Assembly: GCA_965230295.1 (NCBI GenBank)
Contig: OZ246001.1
Coordinates: 1,376,001-1,440,000 of the forward strand
Direction: 5' to 3'
Origin: Marinicella sp.
GTDB taxonomy: Bacteria; Pseudomonadota; Gammaproteobacteria; Xanthomonadales; Marinicellaceae
Length of the DNA stretch: 64,000 nucleotides
Shown here: positions 1 through 8,326 of the stretch, in pieces
Layout: the number at the start of each line of letters is the position of its first letter
Position numbering within the stretch: the first letter of the stretch is position 1
The notes under the pieces: model-generated
Told to the model about the DNA's origin: nothing
Databases searched by the model: none
Seen by the model: only the letters and a program-made list of their open reading frames with translations
Program-made: the position numbers and the translations under genes

Positions 1-9
1 TAGAGTTCT

Positions 10-88
10 GGAGCGTTGACTTCAGTCAACGTTGGCTGAGTAGAGTTTATGGTCATCTGGCGTTCACTTCGACTCCGCTCAGTTAACG
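10..88. repeat. REP-like palindromes (GGAGCGTTGACTTCAGTCAACG and CGTTCACTTCGACTCCGCTCAGTTAACG)
   Basis: Short imperfect palindromes; relatives recur at 11299-11322 and 11346-11371. Confidence 0.7.
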
Positions 89-318
89 CCAAAAAACAAT
101 CATTACCTCCTCTATACAGGTTTTCTTGAGCAACATGAAAGAAGGGAAGCAAGGCACTTTTTTATGGCGAACATTCATGTTCGACTCAATCAATGACTGT
201 TCGAAACCGGTTTTTGTGCGAAGCGCAAAAGAAGGTAAGGACAGCACGTCTTATGTTATACTTTTCGCCCAACCGGGCTTCTCAAGCCCTGATTACAATA
301 ATTCAACGGGAGCAACAT

Positions 319-2061
319 ATGTCTGATCAGCAGGTGACTGCAACAGGCCCCATCACCCGTGGCGCGTATCCGGAGTTGACGCCACATGCGGTGATTGTGG
401 GTTATTTCTTGGGGGTGATCCTGGCCATTTCAATTGGCTACGCTTCACTGAAATTGGGCTTTTCCATCGAAGGTTCGGAACTGGCCGCCATCCTGGGTTT
501 TGGTATCCTGCGTGGCATCATGCGGCGCCGATCCATCATTGAAAACAATGTGGCACAAACCGTTGCCTCCGCGGTCAACGGTGCTTCATCAGGCATGATG
601 TTTTCGGTACCGGCGATCTTTATCCTGGGCTACGCCACAGAATTCAACCCTTATGTCTTAACCTTTGGTGCCATTGCTGGCGCCTTTTTAGGCATAGCTT
701 TCATCATACCGCTGCGCAAGCAAATGATCGACTATGAACGACTCACCTACCCAGGCGGCGTCGCAGTGGCTTCCATTTTGAAATCACCCGGAGCCGGCAT
801 CAACAAAGCCATTTTGTTACTCGGCGCCATGGTGGTCTCGGGCTTGGTTCACGTTGTCACCATTTATTACAACATCCACGATTGGCATTTGTTTGACCAA
901 CTCGGGCTGCCCGCTTACCTCAACGGTACCTGGTACCTGTCACTGATGACCATCGGTGTGGCTTTCATTGCTGGCCGCGGTGGTTTGGCTTTCATCATCG
1001 GGGGCTTTGTTTGTTACTGGATCATTGCACCCTTACTGGACATCACTGGCATGTTTCCCACCAACGCCGCTGGTGAAGTGGTTTCTGACCCGAACCAACT
1101 GCGTTTGATGTTGTTCCGTCCTACCGGTATCGGCATGCTGATCGGCGGCGCCATCGTTGGCGTGATTTTCGCCTTACCATTGATTAAATCTGCGGTTAAA
1201 TCGATGCAATCATCGGCCAAGAGCGAAGCGGCCATGAGCAAAGATGAGCTACCCATTAAATTGCTGTATTTCGCAGTGGCCGCAGCGGCCATACTGTTGT
1301 GTATTATGGCCATCACTTCAGCCCAAGAAGTCAGCCTGGTCCACGGCTTGATGATGGGTGTCTTGGGGACCTTATGGATCTGGATGGCCGGCATCATTTT
1401 GTCTGAAGCCATCGGTCGAACCAACTGGTCACCTTTATCCGGCATGACCTTGATTGCGGTGACCTTATTGATCATGATTACTCAGCTGTTTGGCGGCATG
1501 AGTACCGGATCAGCGATCGTGGCTGCGGTGACCGTTGGTGCCGCGACCTGTGTGGCGATGAGTCAGGCCACGGATTTGATGCTGGACATGAAAACCGGTT
1601 ACCTGGTCGGTGCCACACCCCGAAAACAACAACTGGGTCAATTCTTTGGCGCCTGGTTAGGACCCATCGTGGTCATCATCTTGATTTTCACCTTAGACAA
1701 AGCCTTCGGATTGGGCGGCGATGAATTCCCTGCACCACAAGGCCAGGCTTTGGCCTCGATGGTTGAAGGCATCACCGGTGGTGATGTGCCCACTGAAAAA
1801 TACATCGCAGGTGCCGTCTTGGGTGGCTTGTTGTCATTGTTACAAACCGGCTTGGGTATCACTGTTGGCTTGGGTTTCTACCTGCCGTTCAACATCGTGT
1901 TGACCTACGCCATCGGTACCTTGTTGCGTGAAATCGTCGATCGCACCAAAGGCAAACCCTGGTCTGAGAACAAAGGCATACCGATTGCCGCTGGTTTGAT
2001 TGTGGGTGAAGCTTTGGTTGGTGTGGGTAACGCCATTTACGTCATTGCCAAAGCAGGATAA
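319..2061 (+). CDS. OPT/YSL family oligopeptide transporter
   Basis: Many TM helices; motifs YASLKLG, IENNVAQTVAS, LTYPGG, PAPQG. Start placed at ATG 319 (GGGAG upstream) rather than 193. Confidence 0.9.
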   Translation: MSDQQVTATGPITRGAYPELTPHAVIVGYFLGVILAISIGYASLKLGFSIEGSELAAILGFGILRGIMRRRSIIENNVAQTVASAVNGASSGMMFSVPAIFILGYATEFNPYVLTFGAIAGAFLGIAFIIPLRKQMIDYERLTYPGGVAVASILKSPGAGINKAILLLGAMVVSGLVHVVTIYYNIHDWHLFDQLGLPAYLNGTWYLSLMTIGVAFIAGRGGLAFIIGGFVCYWIIAPLLDITGMFPTNAAGEVVSDPNQLRLMLFRPTGIGMLIGGAIVGVIFALPLIKSAVKSMQSSAKSEAAMSKDELPIKLLYFAVAAAAILLCIMAITSAQEVSLVHGLMMGVLGTLWIWMAGIILSEAIGRTNWSPLSGMTLIAVTLLIMITQLFGGMSTGSAIVAAVTVGAATCVAMSQATDLMLDMKTGYLVGATPRKQQLGQFFGAWLGPIVVIILIFTLDKAFGLGGDEFPAPQGQALASMVEGITGGDVPTEKYIAGAVLGGLLSLLQTGLGITVGLGFYLPFNIVLTYAIGTLLREIVDRTKGKPWSENKGIPIAAGLIVGEALVGVGNAIYVIAKAG

Positions 2062-2073
2062 GGAGATTTAATT

Positions 2074-2610
2074 ATGAAAAATATAGCATTTATTTTAGTG
2101 ATCCTGACCTTCCTGGCAGGTGCCTTTCTGGCCTCTCTGGATGAGCGAGCCATGAACTGGACTTACTTTGCACCCGTGATGTTGGTCGGATTCATTGCCG
2201 CATTTCTGTATAAAAAAGCAGCCAGCGAAGCCGCCAAACACGGTGACTTGTTACAGAACAACAAACAGGTTTTGATCGATTCATTGAATAATTTATTGAA
2301 CAACCTGGAAGCCCTCAATGGCCGCAAAGACAAAGTGCCTACCTATGAGATGCGCTTTGAAATCGACAAGTTATTCCGCGAAGACTTGATGAATTTCGCC
2401 GAAGCCAGGGAATCGATGAAACACCTGTTCGGCATCCAGCATTACGCCGACATCATGTCCAGCTTCGCCGCCGGCGAACGCTACATCAACCGCGTGTGGT
2501 CAGCCTCAACCGACGGCTACGTGGATGAAGTGATGATGTACGTCGAAAAAGCCCTGTCACAATTCCAACACGCCAAAGAGGAATTCAACATCGCTTTGAA
2601 TGGAGGCTAA
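2074..2610 (+). CDS. Hypothetical membrane protein (2 N-terminal TM + helical domain), co-transcribed with OPT gene
   Basis: AGGAG RBS, 12 nt after OPT stop, host-like codon usage. Confidence 0.8.
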   Translation: MKNIAFILVILTFLAGAFLASLDERAMNWTYFAPVMLVGFIAAFLYKKAASEAAKHGDLLQNNKQVLIDSLNNLLNNLEALNGRKDKVPTYEMRFEIDKLFREDLMNFAEARESMKHLFGIQHYADIMSSFAAGERYINRVWSASTDGYVDEVMMYVEKALSQFQHAKEEFNIALNGG

Positions 2611-2616
2611 TTAACC

Positions 2617-2652
2617 GTCATCTTGACCGAGTCAAGCGAGCGGAGAAATCTC
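2617..2652 (+). repeat. GTCA-type REP-like palindrome
   Basis: GTCATCTTGACCGAGTCAAGCGAGCGGAGAAATCTC resembles 13064-13104. Confidence 0.6.
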
Positions 2653-2677
2653 CAAACGCTCATGGGTCATCCAAAAC

Positions 2678-2704
2678 AAAAGGCCGCAATCTGCGGCCTT
2701 TTTT
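2678..2704. terminator. Rho-independent terminator, likely bidirectional
   Basis: AAAAGGCCGCA-ATC-TGCGGCCTTTTTT between convergent transcription units. Confidence 0.85.
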
Positions 2705-2715
2705 ATATCCTTAAC

Positions 2716-2880
2716 GTAGGTTGGCGCTGAGCACAGCGAAGCCCAACATCAGATTGGAAACATCAAAATTATCTGATACCAAAAATCATGCACAATGAAT
2801 TCCCAAAAACAAAACTGATTGGCAATCCGTCAGATCATTAAAGAACATGTTGGGCTTCTCTGACGATCAGCCCAACCTAT
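2716..2880. repeat. GTAG-type REP doublet (REPIN-like)
   Basis: GTAGGTTGGCGCTGAG..GAAGCCCAACA at 2716-2748 plus inverted partner TGTTGGGCTTC..CCCAACCTA at 2848-2880; a second doublet is at 10981-11139. Confidence 0.8.
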
Positions 2881-2907
2881 CTTGCTAACAAGATTCATTG
2901 CTTTAAA

Positions 2908-3216
2908 TTATTCATCAAAATAAGGCTCATGATCTACCCAGTAAATATCATACTTTTTACTAAGGCGTTTGATGAATGGCTCCAAGTTTGTAGCAATGTT
3001 TATTGCTTGAACAGAATCCATTCCATATACAGTAAACCCAGGCTCATTTATACCTTCAATAGATATATCACAAGCATAACAATCCTGACTTGGCTGATCA
3101 TTTTTATCAAACTCATTTGCATGATACGGCATACTTATTTTGATTGTAAATTCGCTTAAATTTGATATCCCCTTAATTGAGTAATATAGTTTCCTTACAG
3201 CAATTATACTTTTCAT
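2908..3216 (-). CDS. Putative immunity/partner protein of RHS toxin (DUF6968-like)
   Basis: Small, AT-rich, starts 5 nt after RHS stop; YGMDSVQAINIA motif resembles DUF6968-type proteins (recalled, not searched). Confidence 0.65.
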   Translation of the reverse strand: MKSIIAVRKLYYSIKGISNLSEFTIKISMPYHANEFDKNDQPSQDCYACDISIEGINEPGFTVYGMDSVQAINIATNLEPFIKRLSKKYDIYWVDHEPYFDE

Positions 3217-3221
3217 AACAT

Positions 3222-6200
3222 TTAATCTTCACTCATACATTGATCATACGCGTCTTGAGCTGCATGGAAACATGCAAACATTTTTCGATGACTTAAACCT
3301 GCACATGTAGCTAATATACTTTGTTTCAATGCCTCACAACTTTTTCTTTTATCGTTTTGGGCCTTACATTCTTCATCACAATTTTCATTATCTTCAGAAT
3401 CAGAAAAATAACCCCATGCTGCTGCAATTCCTAGGCCAACATATTTACAAGCATTAATAATAATGGCAGCATCACATGCTGGATTAATTGGCCCACCAAT
3501 AGCACATGATCCAAGAGTAGCTTCCGTTTGCGCTCCATTAGGGTCGAAATAATTTACAGGATTTCCTAAAACAAATGTATATGTATTCCATCCAGCAACT
3601 TGCCCAATCGGATCACTCTGCACATACCGACTCGTACCCGGATCATAATCCCTGAAGTAATTATAGTTCAAGCCTGATTCAGCGTCATAGTATTGTCCAG
3701 GGAAGCGCATATTGAATTCGAAATTGACCTGGTCACCATCCACATCTTCATCAGGTGCGGTGGTGCCGAAGGCATCAGATTCCCAGGACCAGATACGTAC
3801 ACCGGCATCATTGGTGATCCAGCGTGGGGTGTTCAAATGGTCGGTTTGGATGTAGTAAAAATTCTGATCACCCGAACTGCTGGTTTCTACCCTCGCCACT
3901 GGTCGGTTACCCAGCCAGATGGTTTCACGGTCCCACAGATGAGAACCAGGGATGTATGCTGATTCATGAACCAACTGACCCTGCTCATCATAGACAAACA
4001 AATAGTCTGTCCCATTGATTTTCTTGCGTATCCGCTGACCAATGCCATTATGAAAGTATTCAGCAATTGCATTTCTGCCCGTACCAAAATCTGACATGCG
4101 GTTGGCCTGATCGTATAACCAAGCATGGTCTCCCATGTCAGGTGCTGATAAAGTGTTACCATTGGCATCATAACCACGTGGTTTGACTGCACCCACATTC
4201 AACATTTTGTTACTGTTGGCATCAATGGTGTAATTGACTGTCGGGTTTATGCCTTCTTGTTTGCTGGTTCGGTTACCCAACTGATCATAAGTCAGTGTGG
4301 TTGACTCATGTGAGTCATAGGTCAATCGATCCAATGCATCGTAGGAGAAACCATCGTTGTTGGCGGTAAGCTCACGGGTGATTGTTGTGATGTTGTGGTT
4401 GTTATCATAAGCATAAGCCGCTGTCACATCGACACCGTAGTTATAATCAATCAAACGGTAACCATCATCGTAATTGGCGTTGTAGTTCTTACCATTACCA
4501 AAGTTGATGGACTTGACTGGGCCAAAGGGTAAGTAAGTCACCAGATCAACCACTGTTTCGGCCTGCCCATCAATGGTCGTGGTGATTTTCTGCACTTGAT
4601 TCAGATCATCATACTCATAAGTCAACTCCAACCCTGAGGGATATGTCATTTTTTCTATTCTGTTATAATCATCATAGTCATAATCCAGATCCAGGTTGTT
4701 GTAACCAGCATGGGTAAATGGGGTAAACCCACCTACCACCTGAATCTTGTTGGTTTGGTTCCCAAAACCGTCATAACTGAAAGTGGTAGAACCTGTTTGA
4801 TCCGTAAACGAAGACAACTGTCCGATGCCATTTGTGCCCTGATCATAGACATATGTGGTATCTAATGAATTGTCTGTATAGTCTATAAATGTGATGCGTC
4901 CTCTGCCATCGTAAGACATACCAACAGTCACACCTTTGGCATCGGTCTTGCTGGTCATGTTACCTGCTTCATCATAAACATAACTGGTGGTGCCCGTATC
5001 CGGACTGACCAACGTAATCAGATTACCAAAATCATCATAGTGATAGGTGGTGATGTTCCCTCTGGCATCGGTAACGGTTTTTACCCGCTCACCGGCATCA
5101 TATGTGAAACTGGTTGTGGTGTTGGCTGTAAGTGGATTGGTGCCTTGGTAATCTTGGTTAATCTGACTCAGCCGTTTTAATGTATCGTAACTGTATTCTG
5201 TGTTGACGCTATTGCCATTGGTTTGAGAATCCAGAGTGCCATTGCTGCCATAGTCGTAAGTTGTAGTCACTCCCGATTGTTGCATGGTGGCCAAAAAGTC
5301 ATAATCATCAAATGTTTGGATGATTTGTTTTTTCAATACATCATTCAGATCGTAGGTTCTTTCTCCCAGCTGATTGCCTTCGGTATCCAGCTCATATTCA
5401 ACATAGTTTCCTAACTGATCGGTCACTCGGGTCACCCGCAAAGCACCATCGTAGGTCAGGGTTAATGTGGTTTCTTCAGGTGAACCATAGTTTCGTTTCA
5501 CTGATTGGATATGACCGGTGGGTAAATAAGTAAACTGAGTTTGTATAATGGCAGTGGCATTATCACTCAAACTGCTCACATCCACACGATCCGTATCGGC
5601 ATCATAGAAATTGATTAAAGTAAGGCCGTTGGGGCGATCTTCAGACTTGATCTTGCCAGTGGCTGACCATTGGATGTTATCACGTTCAATAATGCCTGCT
5701 GGTCCTGTGACTTTCTCCAGGCGATTGCGGTTTTCCACCGGCAATGCGGTGTCAGCATAATACTGATACACGGTCTCATCCACATTACCGGGCCTTGGGC
5801 CATCCATGCGACTGATTTGATTGAACGGTCCGTTGTATTCATAGGTGGTGGTTTTGCTGATGGCTGTTCCATCAGGCTTGAAGCCATTGACTGTCATGGA
5901 AGTCATTTGGCCATTCAAATCATAAACATAGTTGGTGACTTTGTTATTGCTGCCATAAACCGAAGGTTCAGTGATTGATGTGACCTTACCGATAAAGCGT
6001 GAATCGTAAGTGTAATCGGTTCGGCGCGCATCTGTGGTACCAAAGGCTTCGATTTTATAAGCATATTGACCTTTTGAATCATAGTTGTAGTACTTGGTTG
6101 TAACTCCATCAACCGTCTTGCTGATTAAATCATTGGTCACAGGATCGTATTCAAATGAACTGTTGTCGTTAGAGCACGATGAACAGCCAGGACCCGTGAT

Positions 6201-7637
6201 GCTTTTGATCTGCCAGATGCCATTGTTTTGTTCCACTTCATAGGTACTGACTTTGCCACGTGAGTTGGTGACTTTTCGTTTGTTAGGTTCCCCAGGATAA
6301 AAGTCATAATCGATTTTTAATTCTTCAACATGCACATCCGGATCAGTCACATGGTGTTTTTCATAATTGGCCCGGTCTTCACTGTCATAACCATAGGTGG
6401 CAAATCGCTGGCCTACCTGGTTAATATCATGCCGATTGGTAATACCTGTTAATAAGAGCCTACTGCTGGTCTCGTAGTGGAACGATTTGATGGTGTTGTC
6501 TGGATATATAATTTCTTCTAACATATTTCTATCGGTGTAATTAAACCTCCATTCATTACCAACATGATCCGTTATGGTTTGTGGTTTAATTTCAAGGGAA
6601 CTGTTATTGCTGTATCCAAAGGTCACATAAGTGCCATCATCAGCAGTGATTTTATCTATCTTTGAACCACTTTCATACGTAATAGAAACTGTCCTACCAT
6701 TATCAACGACTTCAACCAATTTACCCCAAATGTCGTATTTTTCAATCTCACCTTGATTGGTGTGTAACACCCAGCCATCAACAGTTTGACTTAAAATTTC
6801 ACTCGATGAGGATTGGTTAACCCAAACACCATTTATCTTTTGGAAGAATACACCGCGACCTGTTTCTCGATATGCATAAATACTTTCAATACCATCAGCT
6901 AAGAAAGTACCTTGAGACATTTTTTTCGAGTAAGTATGGGTCCAACCTCGCCCCATAGGCAGACCATATAATGCGGACGATTTGGCTCTTGAAGAGTTAT
7001 AAAAAGCCGAAAAAGGAATTAAATCTGAGTTTAACTCTATATTTTCTTCATGAAACTTATTTCCTGTCGCTGTGTTGATGGGGTTACCTGCATTGGTTCC
7101 ACATTGATTGCCATCGTTTTCAGGATCATGCACTTTTTTACACATGAATTTACCCTGCGCAGTGACATACTCAGGCAACACACCACCAGGGCAGCCGACA
7201 GTACGGTTTTTTCTAATATTTAACGGCCCCGTGCCCGTAACACAATCAGTGGGATCTGAAAGTGACCATTGATGAAATTCAACTTTAATCCGTTTATTGT
7301 TTCTATGGGCAACACCATATACAAACTCTGGAAAATCTCGATACCCTCCACTACAGGATATTGGCCTTGGCTGTGGGTCGCCCTCAGGAGGAAAACCATC
7401 ATCTTCAATCTTAGTGGTTACCCCACAGTTGCTAGGATAAGCTACGTTCATTCCAGTATCTTCTGCTTCTCCGGCACTTGTAAAACCATATTTGGTATGT
7501 TCACAATTATGATATGAGTAATCCCAATTACCAATTATTAAATCAGTGTAACTTGTCTCAGCTGTAGCAGAACTCAATAAAATAGATTCAAGGATTAAGA
7601 AAAAGCAAGCATAAGTTTTGATGTTCATAATTTTCAT
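3222..7637 (-). CDS. RHS/YD-repeat protein with N-terminal signal peptide, DUF6531-like region, RHS core and Cys-rich C-terminal extension
   Basis: GNPIN..TGNK, many YD repeats, TDHLNTPR, RFPGQYYDAESGLNYNYFRDYDP, NPVNYFDPNG core end. Confidence 0.95.
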   Translation of the reverse strand: MKIMNIKTYACFFLILESILLSSATAETSYTDLIIGNWDYSYHNCEHTKYGFTSAGEAEDTGMNVAYPSNCGVTTKIEDDGFPPEGDPQPRPISCSGGYRDFPEFVYGVAHRNNKRIKVEFHQWSLSDPTDCVTGTGPLNIRKNRTVGCPGGVLPEYVTAQGKFMCKKVHDPENDGNQCGTNAGNPINTATGNKFHEENIELNSDLIPFSAFYNSSRAKSSALYGLPMGRGWTHTYSKKMSQGTFLADGIESIYAYRETGRGVFFQKINGVWVNQSSSSEILSQTVDGWVLHTNQGEIEKYDIWGKLVEVVDNGRTVSITYESGSKIDKITADDGTYVTFGYSNNSSLEIKPQTITDHVGNEWRFNYTDRNMLEEIIYPDNTIKSFHYETSSRLLLTGITNRHDINQVGQRFATYGYDSEDRANYEKHHVTDPDVHVEELKIDYDFYPGEPNKRKVTNSRGKVSTYEVEQNNGIWQIKSITGPGCSSCSNDNSSFEYDPVTNDLISKTVDGVTTKYYNYDSKGQYAYKIEAFGTTDARRTDYTYDSRFIGKVTSITEPSVYGSNNKVTNYVYDLNGQMTSMTVNGFKPDGTAISKTTTYEYNGPFNQISRMDGPRPGNVDETVYQYYADTALPVENRNRLEKVTGPAGIIERDNIQWSATGKIKSEDRPNGLTLINFYDADTDRVDVSSLSDNATAIIQTQFTYLPTGHIQSVKRNYGSPEETTLTLTYDGALRVTRVTDQLGNYVEYELDTEGNQLGERTYDLNDVLKKQIIQTFDDYDFLATMQQSGVTTTYDYGSNGTLDSQTNGNSVNTEYSYDTLKRLSQINQDYQGTNPLTANTTTSFTYDAGERVKTVTDARGNITTYHYDDFGNLITLVSPDTGTTSYVYDEAGNMTSKTDAKGVTVGMSYDGRGRITFIDYTDNSLDTTYVYDQGTNGIGQLSSFTDQTGSTTFSYDGFGNQTNKIQVVGGFTPFTHAGYNNLDLDYDYDDYNRIEKMTYPSGLELTYEYDDLNQVQKITTTIDGQAETVVDLVTYLPFGPVKSINFGNGKNYNANYDDGYRLIDYNYGVDVTAAYAYDNNHNITTITRELTANNDGFSYDALDRLTYDSHESTTLTYDQLGNRTSKQEGINPTVNYTIDANSNKMLNVGAVKPRGYDANGNTLSAPDMGDHAWLYDQANRMSDFGTGRNAIAEYFHNGIGQRIRKKINGTDYLFVYDEQGQLVHESAYIPGSHLWDRETIWLGNRPVARVETSSSGDQNFYYIQTDHLNTPRWITNDAGVRIWSWESDAFGTTAPDEDVDGDQVNFEFNMRFPGQYYDAESGLNYNYFRDYDPGTSRYVQSDPIGQVAGWNTYTFVLGNPVNYFDPNGAQTEATLGSCAIGGPINPACDAAIIINACKYVGLGIAAAWGYFSDSEDNENCDEECKAQNDKRKSCEALKQSILATCAGLSHRKMFACFHAAQDAYDQCMSED

Positions 7638-7773
7638 GATTTTTATATTGATTAGTTATAAATTCGTACTCCACTCATTAGGCTCGCCATCTAATTTCAT
7701 TTATTTTCAAATTTTCTTGTCTTGCTGTATGATCAATCATATAAACTCAAGCAGTTTCAGCTTATTTTGATAT

Positions 7774-8322
7774 ATGGAAAAGACTTCACAAAATCCCAGA
7801 AAAATCGTTCATAACAATGAAATCAATGAGTTGATTGAGGCCACCATGAAAACCATTAAGTTGATGGCCAAAAGAAAAAAAAGAATCTACAACCAAAACA
7901 CTTTACAAACCACAGAAATCGTTCATGAAACCTATTTGAAGTTGGTTAAAAACCAAGCATCTAAATGGAATGACAAGACCCATTTTTTAATCACCTTTTC
8001 CCATGCCATGAAAAATTTATTGATTGATCGTTACAGAAAGAAAATGAGCATTAAAAGAGGTGAGGGTTTATTGGCTTTGGACATCGATTCAACTTCAGTG
8101 CAAATTGCCATGCCAGACCAATTGGCCTTAAATTGGATTGGTTTGGAAATGAAACTGACAGAACTGAAGAAAATTGACCCTGATGCCCACGATATCGTAC
8201 TACTGCGCTATTTTGCTGGTCTAGAAATAGCAGAAACTGCCTCAACTTTAAAGCTCAGCGAACGCTCAGTGAGTAGAAAATGGACTTTTGCCAGAACCTG
8301 GCTACATACCCATCTGGAATAA
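7774..8322 (+). CDS. ECF-type sigma factor of the kinase-associated (ECF43/TIGR02999-like) group
   Basis: LQTTEIVHETYLKL in sigma2, KRG motif, LRYFAGL..E.A..L..SERSV.RKW.FAR.WL sigma4; directly upstream of a Ser/Thr kinase. Confidence 0.9.
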   Translation: MEKTSQNPRKIVHNNEINELIEATMKTIKLMAKRKKRIYNQNTLQTTEIVHETYLKLVKNQASKWNDKTHFLITFSHAMKNLLIDRYRKKMSIKRGEGLLALDIDSTSVQIAMPDQLALNWIGLEMKLTELKKIDPDAHDIVLLRYFAGLEIAETASTLKLSERSVSRKWTFARTWLHTHLE

Positions 8323-8326
8323 ATAC

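Noticed and set aside
193-318. N-terminal extension of the OPT ORF
   Set aside because: Not transporter-like; ATG 319 has a plausible RBS.
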